From Sphyrna mokarran (taxonomy: Eukaryota), in contig JAGIQG010000012.1 in NCBI GenBank assembly GCA_024679065.1, positions 87,234,001 to 87,298,000 of the forward strand: DNA of 64,000 nucleotides. Reading direction: 5' to 3'. The position numbers and the translations under genes are program-made. Shown one piece after another: positions 53,880 to 64,000 of this stretch; positions within the stretch are counted from its first letter, which is position 1, and each line of letters begins with the position of its first letter. A model generated the notes under the pieces. It was given only the letters and a program-made list of their open reading frames with translations. It had not been told where the DNA came from and made no database searches.

Positions 53880-55337
53880 CTCAGGATGTTGTGCAGAACA
53901 TGACGCAAAATTAAACTCACCCCTTTCTCCTGTCCTTGCTCCATATCCCACTATTCCTTGCAGATTCATATGCTTATCTAAAAGCCCCTTAAACCTCCCC
54001 ATCGTCTCTGATTCCACTACCGCCCCTGGCAGCGTGTTCCAGACACCTCCCACTCTCTGTGGAAAAAACTCATCCCTCACATCTCCTGTGAACTTTCACC
54101 CTCTCTCACGTTAAGCGCGTGTCCCCTCGTATTAGACGTTTCAATTCTGGGAAAAGGATTCTGACTGCCAACCCTATCTATACCTCTCATCATTTTATAG
54201 AATTCTATCAGGTCTCCCCTCAGCCTCCGCCACTCCCTCGAAAACAAGCCTAGTTTGTCCAGCCTTTCCTTATAGCTCATTGCCTCTAATCCAGGCAGCA
54301 TCCTGGTAAACCTCTTCTGCATACTCTCCAAAGCATCCACATCTTTCCTGTAATGTGACAAATAGAACTGGATGCAAGTCTCTCAGTGTGGCCTCACCAA
54401 AGCTTTATAAACTGCAATATGTCAGATGCAGACCCTATACAGTAAATGGCAGAACCGTGAAGAGTATTGATAAGCAAAAGGATCTGGGTGTACAGGTACA
54501 CAGGTCACTGAAAGTGACAATGTAGGTGGAGACGGCAGTCAAGAAGGCATACGGCATACTTGCCTTCATCGGCTGGGGTATTGAGTTTAAAAATTGGCAA
54601 ATTTATAAAACCAACATTAGGTCACACTTGGAATATAGTGTTCAATACTGGCTCCCAACTAGTGGAAGGATGTGGAGGTTTTGGAGAGAGTACAGAAAAG
54701 ATTTACCAGGATGTTGCCTGGTATGGGGGGCATTAGTTAAAAGGAGAAGTTGTAAAAACTTGGTTTGTTCTCATTGGAGCGATGGAGGTTGAAAGGAGAC
54801 CTGATAGAAGTGCACAAGATTCTGAGGGGCATGGACAGAGTGGATAGTCAGAAGCTTTCTCCATGGGTGGAAGAGTCAATTACTTGAGGGCACAGGTTTA
54901 AGGTGCGGGGGACAAGGTTTAAAGGAGATGGAAGAGGCACATTTTGTAGACACAGAATGGTGGGTGCCTGGAACTTGTTGCCGAAGGGAGGTAGTGGAAG
55001 AGGATACGGTAGTGACTTTTAAGGGGTGTCTTGACAAGTACACGAATAAGATGGGAATACAAAGAAGAAAGAACAAAACAGCACGGGAAACAGGCCCTTC
55101 AGCCCAACAAGCCTGCGCCGCCACCCCGATATTCCCATCTCTACCCGTGATCCCTGTCCATGTTTATAGATCTATGGATTAAAAACCAAATTTGAGACAA
55201 TTTAGGGAGAATTTGTTTTGCCAATTATCCTAAGAGCACATCTTTGGGATGTGGGAGGAAACCGGAGCACCCGGAGAAAACCCACGCAAGCACGGGGAGA
55301 ATGCGCAAACTCCCACAGACACAGGCCCAAATCCACG
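53880..55337. mobile_element. Cluster of CR1 fragments (minus about 53880-54420; plus about 54430-55060) and V-SINE-containing tail (minus 55063-55337)
   Basis: ORF2 C-terminal motifs and tails. Confidence 0.8.
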
Positions 55338-55636
55338 TATGAGGGATATGGTCCCGGAAGGGTGGAGGGATTTAGTTCTGTCGGGCATTATGGTCGATGC
55401 AGGCTTGGAGGGGCTGAAGGGCCTGTTCCTGTGCTGGAATTTTCTTTGTTCTTTTTTCTTATGACACCCTGACCCTTGTACTCAATGCCCCGGCAATTGT
55501 TTGTTCCCCCAGCCCCCAGTCAGTCTGGGGTTTGTGTGGATTTAATAATGAATAATCAGACAGGTTTAATTCAGAATCTGACTGGAAGGGGATATTTAGC
55601 AAACAGTGATTATAACATGGGAGAGTTTGACATTAA

Positions 55637-56481
55637 GGGCCTGATTTTACCAAAAACGGATGTGAAATTGCGGTAAATTCGGTATTGGGCCTATAAGGCG
55701 ATCTGCATCCAAATCCGAGCAGATTGCACCTTTACTGACACCGGATTTGGGCGTGGATCGAGTCCATGCACCAATCAGGCAGCCTGACGATTTAAATGAA
55801 TTAGCATTAAATTGACGTAATGACCCACGGGCCGAACTCTATCCCCAAATCCCACTTTAACGCCTTCGGGTCCATTCCAGATCCATGCCGTTACCAAACC
55901 TGCAGAATAAAAATCCAAAGCAGATTCCTGTTCTGCAGGGGAACCTCTGAAGCCCATCATCCTCGAGCACCCTTCATAGACCCCCCACTAACCACCCCAG
56001 CAAATCTGACCCCCCCCCATGGTCCAACCTCCACCGGGCAGCAGGCCTCCTCCTCTGCGATTGGAACCCCCGCACGATGCAGCCCCCACTCTGAATGCTT
56101 GGACCCCCCCGAGAATCAAACCCCCAGTCAGACTCCCCCCAGGAGGCAGAGCACACCCCCAACCTACCTGGATCGCTGCTCTCCCTCCACCATCCTTCTG
56201 ACCCACACTCTTTGGAAATGCTGCAGCACCTCCCTGGTTTTCCTGGTCTGCCGGAGGAGCGGGGCTCAGATTTATCTCTGGTTGGGAGGGGGGTGGTGAT
56301 GGAGGATGGGGGAGAGGATGTACGTTGGATAATCTCCAGCCCCTCCAGTTCCACCTGAGCCCCCCCCCTTCCTCCAGCAGACACCAGCGGAAGGACAGGG
56401 AGGTGCTGCAGGCTGTCTAATGAGTGCGGGTCAGAAGGATGGTGGATGGAGAGCAGCGATCCAGGTAGGTTAGGGGTGTGC
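55637..56481. mobile_element. Non-autonomous DNA-transposon-like (Harbinger-like) element with internal inverted repeat
   Basis: Begins GGGCCTGATTTTACC right after TTAA, where similarity to paralogous 45090-45236 stops. IR arms at 56151-56236 and 56396-56481. Confidence 0.45.
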
Positions 56482-59212
56482 ACTTTTCAAAAGACAACAT
56501 TGTACTCGCTCTACAACTGCTTCTGGCAGCTTGTTCCAAACACTCACCACCCTCTGTGTGAGAAAAATTGCTCCTCTGGACCCTTTTGTATCTCTCCCCT
56601 ATCACCTTAAAACTATGCCCTCTACTTTCAATCTCCCCTACCTTTGGGAAAAGATATTGAATATCCAGCTGATCTGTGCCCCTCATTATTTTATAGACCT
56701 CTATAAGATCACTCCTTCAGCTTTCTAGACTCCAGAAAAAAAATGTCCCAGTCTATCCGGCCTCTCCTTATAACCCAAGTCCCAGTAGTATCCAAGTAAA
56801 TCTTTTCTGAACTCTTTTGAATTTAGTAATATCCTTTCTATAACAGGATAACCAGAAACATGATTAAAATACATTTTTAAGAGGCACAGCATTGTCACAT
56901 ACGTGAGAATTATAGAAAACAACAATACAATAAAATTAATGTAAATACTGATATCTCGGCCAACTTTATTTCCCATTGCCAATTGCCCTTCAGAAGGTGG
57001 TGTCTGGTTGCATTTTTGAACTGCTGCAATCCTTCTGGGAATGGACACCCAGAGTGCTGTTAGGAAGGAGCTCAGGTGGGAATGGTTTCGCACGGATCCA
57101 CTCATATTAAATTGATCTTTCTCTGCACCCTAGATCTGATGTAACACTTCATTCCACACTCTCTTCTTTCCTTCTCTATGAATGGTATGCTCTAACTGCA
57201 CAGCGCACAACAAACAATACTTTTCATTGAAGACTAATATGTGTGGCAATAACAAATCAAATCAAATTAAGTTTGGAAGGTGCTGTCAAAGGAGCCTTGG
57301 TGAGTTTCTGCAGTGCATCTTGTAGATGGTACACACGGTTGTCACTGTGTGTCCATTGGTGGAGGGAGTGAATGTTGAAGGTGGTGGATGGGGTGCCAAT
57401 CAATCAGGCTGATTTGTCCTGGATGGTGTTGAGTTTCTTGAATGTTATTGGAACTGCATCTTCCAGACAAGTGGAGAATATTCCATCACACTCCTGGCCT
57501 GTGCCTTGGTGGACAGGCTTTGGGGAGTCAGCTGGTTAGTTATTCTGTGCAGCATATTTGTTCCCTAAGTTGCTGTTGTATCCACATTATTTGTCTAGCA
57601 ACATAGCTCACCATCACCATCCCAAAGGGAATTAAGGATAGACAATAAATGCTGGTCTTATAGCGACACCCAGCTGGAATAAAAAGCACTCATTCCCCAG
57701 GACTCAGCTGCTATGGAGAATAGAGAAATCAAGCTGGACAGCTGGAGCTGTGAATGGAGAGGTTTGCAGCAGTGAAAACTTAACTCTAGATGGTCTCAGT
57801 CGCTACACTCTTGCACCCACTGAGCAGGAGAAGAAGTCTGGGACAGAATGAAGCAGAGCTTCAGCAATTCAAACACCCAGACGGAAAATGGGAAGAGAGT
57901 TTCAGGCAGCAGTGAAGGTTTACTGACAGTGAAATCCAAATCCTGTCATTAAAAATGGAAGTAAGAGAAGATGGAGCATATAGACTCAACTGACAGGAAA
58001 TCAATGAGTTCACGTTTCACCAAAATAGATTCAGAAATCTGTAACCGGGCAACAGAAGTTCAGAATAAAGAGAAGCAATGTGGAACACAAAGTGAATTAG
58101 CACAGCAATACAGAATAGAATCACAGAATCACTGCAGAAGAAGCTGTTTGACCCATTCAGATTGTACAGAATCTCCAAAATAGCATCATACACGGTCCTA
58201 TCCCAATGACACCACAGATTTCTCATTTCAAATCCATCTAACCTCATCATGTTTGGACACTAAGGAGCAATTTAATCAATCAATTTAAACTAAATATCTT
58301 TGGAGTGTGTGAGTAAAGCAGAGCATTCGAAGGAAAGCCACAAAAAAGTGGAAGGACACCCAAACTCTACACAGTTACCCAAGATCCGAAATGAACCCGG
58401 GTCCCTGACACTGTGAGGCAGCAGTGCAAATCTCTGTGCCACCGTAGCAGCAACAGGAAAGGGAAATATTCCAGGGTAACTCAAAATCTTTGAGAAACTA
58501 AGATGGAACACAAGAATAGGGACAGGGACAACAATCAGATCTATTGACACAAAACAAGATCTAGTTCAGAGCAGTCTTGGGGCAATAGCGAATGAGCTGG
58601 TTAGAGACACAATGAAGTTCTCCAGACAAAGGAAGAAGGATTGACCATGATGCTGTGGGATTATCACTGAACGGTGAGGGAAACACACCTTAGACATTAC
58701 AATCTGTAATTCACTTGTCATGGTGTTGAGGTTCGGGTATAACTGGTGATTTTATGGATTTGATGACAGGATGTGGCTTGTTGCTGTGTACTAGTTATAC
58801 TCTCATTCCCCATCTGATCTGAAACCTCTGTCTGGGAATTTACTGAGACTGTTGTTATCAGTAACAACGTTCCATGTCACTGTGTGTGTTCACGGCCAGG
58901 AATTGTTGTGGATTGAACAGTTTCTGAATATGTTTCAGACACATTCAGGGACATATTTGATTTTGTAATGAGCCAGAATTCAGTAATAATCTGACAGTAA
59001 AAGCAAGAAAGACTTGTAATCATACAGCACTCCTCACACCTACTCATCGTCTCAAGGTGCTTTCTAGACAATGACCTTCTTTGGAAGTTTTAATGTAGGT
59101 AATATCAGCCAATAAGGTGGCAGCCTGAGTAATCCTGGCTGGGAATTCAGATGGGAGAAAAAGCTTGGAATGGGAATTTGAAAAGCAATAATCGAAGGAT
59201 ATAATACTCCCG

Positions 59213-59745
59213 GTTGGAGTATTGTGCGCAGTTCTGGTCGCCTCATTATAGGAATGATGTAGAGGCTATTGAGAGGGTTCAGAGGAGATTTACAAGGATG
59301 CTGCCTGGATTGGGAGGCAGGCCTTATGAAGATAGGTTGAGGGAGCTGGGACTCTTCTCACTGGAGAGACGTAGGTTGAGAGGCGACCTGATAGAGGTTT
59401 GTAAAATGTTGAGTGAATAGATAGGGTGGACTCTCAGAGACTATTTCCCCGAGCTGAAATGGCCACTATGAGAGGACACAGATTTAAGGTGCAGGGAAGC
59501 AAATACAAAGGAGATGTCAGGGGTAGGTTTTTCATTCAGAGGGTGGTGAGTGAATGGAACCGACTGCCATCGGAGGTTATTGAGGCAAACTCACTGGGGT
59601 CTTTTAAGAGACTTCTGGATGAGTATATGGAAAAGAATAGGATAGGTGGTTATAGATAGGTCTGTGGATTGGTAGATGTGATCGGCGCAACTCGTGGGCC
59701 GAAGGGCCTGTTTGTGCTGTATTGTTCTATGTTCTATGTTCTATG
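59213..59745 (+). mobile_element. CR1 3' fragment
   Basis: EYCAQFWSPHY motif and (GTTCTAT)n tail. Confidence 0.9.
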
Positions 59746-60368
59746 AAGGCTGCCGAAACAAAGGCCGACATCAAATCGAATCAAAATACCCAATAATGTT
59801 CAAAATGCACAATGAAAAACACTCTGAATGCTCACAGCGTTCCCAATAAATAGATGAATTGATGACACAAATAGAAGCAAACAGAAATGGTCTAATAGGC
59901 ATTACAGAGACACGGCAGCTGGGTGACCAAGGCCGGGGACTGAATATTCAAGGATAGTCAACATTCAGAAAGTTCAGGAAAATAAGAAACAGGAGGTGGG
60001 GTAGTGTTACTAGTGGTGGGGTGGAACGGTGGCACAGTGTTTAACACTGCTGCCTCACCGTGCCCACAAATACACCCAATTAATGTACAGACTGTCAGTC
60101 AAACCCATGGTCCCATTAAACTGGAAAGAATGATGGAACACTCAGTTCTGTGATCTGTGTTCCCAGTCTGTGTAATTCTGTGTCAGATACACTAAACTAT
60201 CTCAATACAATGATAAATTCTCCTGTAAGACTCATATCCAGTTCTGAATGTTCTAACTGTGGAATCCACACACAATACAGGAGCTGACACACACAGCAGC
60301 ATAAACCAGGGAGAGATATTTTAATCACAAGTGAAACTTCTCCAAACCAAACCATAACTTGTACTTAC

Positions 60369-60420
60369 CCCCAGAAACACAGAGAGACAGAGTTAGAACA
60401 AAAAGAGTTTTACTGATCAT
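60369..60420 (-). CDS. Signal-peptide (leader) exon, distal copy: [17 protein letters not shown]
   Basis: ATG, 17 mostly hydrophobic codons, +1 nt, then GTAAGT donor (phase 1). Identical to 49827-49878. Confidence 0.7.
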
Positions 60421-60807
60421 CTCGACAGAGTGACAATCCTGTTTCTCCACACCGTTTATTGTGTGTCCAGTAAACACATTGAAACACAAGGTGTCCCAAC
60501 AACTGCAGCTGGTTTCATATCCTTTTCTTTATCGGTCAATAAAGTTAAAGTGTAGATAAAGAGAAACACAATTAACCACTCCAGCTCCCCTTCCTGGGTG
60601 GAACTTGTCAAAGTGAGAGGTTTAATTTAGAATGAAACTAATTATACATTCAGTGAGAGTTCTCCATTATTGGTCAGTTTATCAGATAACATACAAAGAT
60701 AGGACGAAGAGCAAGAAACATAGGAACCAGAGTGATCACACGTTCTCTCTTTTAGTTGATGGTGTCAAAAGTAAAGAGAAGGCACAGAATTGCATTATTT
60801 ATAGGAG

Positions 60808-61421
60808 TTATTTAAGAAATACTTAGATGGGCACATGAACAGAATGGGAATGGAGGGGTGTAGAAAACTGATTTAAAATAGGGATCATGAGCCTTGGGAG
60901 TCCCTGGGAAGTGTGTAAATAGATGATGATATTGATGTACTTGTTTTTATCGTACAGGTGCTTTGGTCCACCTTGTTGTCTAACAAGGGGCATACACGCG
61001 ATGAGTCGTGAGAGGGCTGCTCTTGGATATTTTTTCGAAAGTATCCTAGTGCTTCACATTGTTAGTGTACGCTTGACCTGGACCATTTGATGGGCAACAC
61101 GACAGCTCAGAGACTATCGCTGTGCTGTGTGGATACATGGATTTGGGCCCGTGTCTGTGGGAGCTTGTGCATTCTCCCCGTGGTTGCGTGGGTTTTCTCC
61201 AGGTGCTCCGGTTTCCTCCCACATCCCAAAAATGTGCTCTTAGGCGAATTGGCAAAACAAATTCTTCCTAAATTGTCTCAAATTTGGTTTTTAATCCATA
61301 GATCTATAAACATGGACAGGGATCATGGGTAGAGGTGGGAACATCGAGGTGGTGGCGCGGGCTCGTTGGGCCGAAGGGCCTGTTTCCTGTGCTGTTTTGT
61401 TCTTTGCTTTCTTTGTTCTTT
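60808..61421 (+). mobile_element. CR1 3' end with V-SINE-containing UTR
   Basis: [14 protein letters not shown] followed by the shared tail. Confidence 0.8.
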
Positions 61422-62349
61422 GCATCAGGATGGAAAGCAGGTCAGAGGATTGGAGAGAATGCAAACAGCAGCAAAAAGCCTAATGGAAAATAGAATATAT
61501 GTGAAAGTGAGCTAGGAAAATTACAAACTGCTAGAACAATTCCGACGGACATTTCAAAAGTAAAATAACTCATAAAGTGAGTATTAGTCTGTTGAAAAAT
61601 GTATCTGGAGTGGAGGCAGAAAGAACAGCTACAGCAGTGATTTAAGAATGAGAACAGCAATATTGGCTGTAAGAGCAATTGTGTGAGAGTTAAGCATGCT
61701 GGGATTTTGGTCCAGTTATAATCAAACACAGATGTAACTGTAAAGTTGCTGTGAGCTGTGACCTGGTCTGTGAGCTGTGACCTGACACTCGCTGTGCTGA
61801 TCAAATACGGGAGAATGTTTGGATAACTCTGCACTCTGTGATGCTGAGATTTCCTGCCGTATCCATATATGGCTGATGGCTATGTGACCTAAAGTGCCAT
61901 TTAAACCAAGCATTCTGGAATTTTCTGTCAGGAACTCCATTGGCCTGGCCTGATAATGTGATCGGTTTCTGGTTACACCATTGGCTGATTATTGCAGAAC
62001 TTTCTGGAAGGTTAGAACATTCTGAGATTAAAGACACATGTTTGTCTCTAACGAGAAGGCAGGGATTAACCAACACAAGAATGCAATTGAAGAATATCTT
62101 CAGAGGAGGACCATGAGGGCAGAATCTTCATTGGGAATGGGCCTGGCCATCTCGTTCTCAATGGATAGTATCTCTTTTCAGTTAAATTATTAGAGTTAAT
62201 GTTCAGTTAAGAGTTGAAGTTTTGCAACTGTTGCAAGTTTGAGTTTGGAACCTAAGGTGCTAGCTAAACTGAAGTTTCTTTGGGAGAATTTGAGTTAACG
62301 CCTATCCTTGGTTTGTCACAGTAAATTAATTAACTGGAAAGAGTTTAAA

Positions 62350-63450
62350 TTAGTAAGATTGGGGAATTAATAATGGAAAATAAGGAGATAGCAGATGACC
62401 TGAACAGACATTTTGCATTGGTCTCCACTCAATCGGATCAATGTAACATCTCAGAAATTGCCAGTTACTAGCAGTGTACCACAGGGGGCAGTGCTGAGTC
62501 CTCTCTTATTTGTGATTTTTATCAATGACTCAGAGGAGGAGACTGAAGGGTGGGTTAGTAAATTTGCTGATGACACCAACATTGGTGGAGTAGTGGATGA
62601 GATGGAAGTTTATTGTAGGCTGCAAAAAGACATTAATAGGATGTAGAACTGGGACGAAAAGTGGCAGATGGAGTTTAACCCTGATAAGTGCGAGGTGATT
62701 CATTTTGGTTGGACAAATTTGAATGCGGATTACAGGGTCAATGGCAGGGTTCTGAGGAATGTGGAGAAATAGAGAGATCTTGGATTCATATCCACAGATC
62801 TCTGAAGTGGATAGAGCCATGAAGAAGGCCTATAGTGTGTTAGCGTTTATAAATAGGGGTTTGAGTTTAAGAACCATGGGGTTATGCTGCAACTGTACGG
62901 ACGTTGGTGAGGCCACATTTGGAATATTTTGTTCAATTCTGGTCACCTCACTTTCAGAAGGATGTGGAAACATTGGAGAGAGTGCAGAGGAGATTTACCA
63001 GGATGCTGCCTGGTTTGGAGGGTAGGTCTTACGAGAAAAAATTGAGGGAGGTGAGGCTTTTTTCTTTTGAGTGGAGGAGGATGAGAGGTGACTTAATAGA
63101 GGTTTATAAGATGATGAATGGGATAGATAAAGTGGATGTTCAGGGATTATTTCCTCGAGTGGGTATAGCTGTCACTAAGGGACATAACTATCAGGTTCAT
63201 AGTGAGAGATATAGGAGGGCTGTCAGGTAGATTCTTCACTCAGAGAGTGGTTGGGCTGTGGAATGCACTGCCTGCTGTGATAGTGGAATCGGACACTTTA
63301 GGAACTTTCAAGCGGTTATTGGTTAGGCACAGGGAGCACATCAGAATGATAGGGAGTGGGTAGTTGGACCTCGGGTTTGGACAAAGCTTGGCACAACATT
63401 GAGGACTGAAGATCCTGTACTGTGCTGTACTGTTCTATGTTCTATGTATT
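62350..63450 (+). mobile_element. Degenerate CR1 ORF2 fragment
   Basis: VPQGAVLSP, FADD, RPHLEY motifs and tail. Confidence 0.85.
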
Positions 63451-63689
63451 CAATTGAAGGACCTCTCCACTGCCCCCCCGCCAGCCCTACCCCCGCAGTT
63501 ATTCAATTTACCAGCATGTTGGACTCAGACCAGTTCAGTTGAAGGTGGTCCCAATGGTAGGAGTCCCCAGTATTGGGCAGTGCCCCATGAATCAAAACCA
63601 ATCTCTCCCACACCAGACTTTGAGCCTCACATGCAAATCTCTAATCATAGTTACTGTGTGCCCATTCACCTGTAGCTCTGGTAATAGAA

Positions 63690-64000
63690 CAAAAACCTAA
63701 AAAACAGAGCAAAAAGGCAGTGCTTATAGGGGACTCCTTAGTGAGGGGGGCAGACAAGCGTTTTTGTGGACGCAGACGGGAATTGCGGATGGTGATATGT
63801 CTCCCTGGAGCTGGGATTCGGGAAGTCTCTGGACCCGTCCCAGACATCCTGAAAGGAGAGGGTGAGGAACTGGAAGTTGTAGTACATATAGGTACTACTG
63901 ACATAGGCAGGAAGAGGGAAGTGGACATGAAAAGGGATTATAGGGAACTGGGTAGGCAGCTGAGAGAGAGGAAAGCGAAGGTAGTAATCTCAGGATTGCT
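63690..64000 (+). mobile_element. CR1 ORF1 (SGNH/GDSL esterase domain), truncated by window end
   Basis: Translates AVLIGDSLVRGADKRFC..CLPGA..VVVHIGTTD..VVISGL. Confidence 0.85.

Noticed and set aside
55775-56483. Several Pro/Gly-rich ORFs
   Set aside because: GC-rich transposon-like sequence with an inverted repeat; no domain or splice support.

Overview
Repeat-rich vertebrate genomic DNA, almost certainly cartilaginous fish (HE1/V-SINE-type SINEs, many CR1 LINEs ending in (GTTCTAT)n), with one 100-N assembly gap at 36670-36769. Most long ORFs are CR1 ORF1/ORF2 fragments. Between the repeats, on the minus strand, is a spliced Ig-superfamily receptor locus reconstructed by hand. It has two identical leader exons (60369-60420, 49827-49878) and six phase 1-1 V-domain exons that already contain the J-like G strand and have no usable RSS (43685-44029, 42729-43073, 40410-40754, 32592-32936, 30263-30607, 24244-24591). 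These are followed by an uncharged TM exon (23927-24077) and four small phase-compatible cytoplasmic exons that build a canonical ITAM (DSMYM|[13 protein letters not shown]) split by a phase-0 intron, as in CD3/FcRgamma/DAP12. The five distal V exons are recent duplicates with near-identical frameworks and diverged CDR-like loops, each preceded by a 17-bp minisatellite abutting the splice acceptor. A leader exon of a probable second gene lies at 6339-6384. The gap means V1-V3 and V4-V6/TM could belong to different paralogues or haplotypes.
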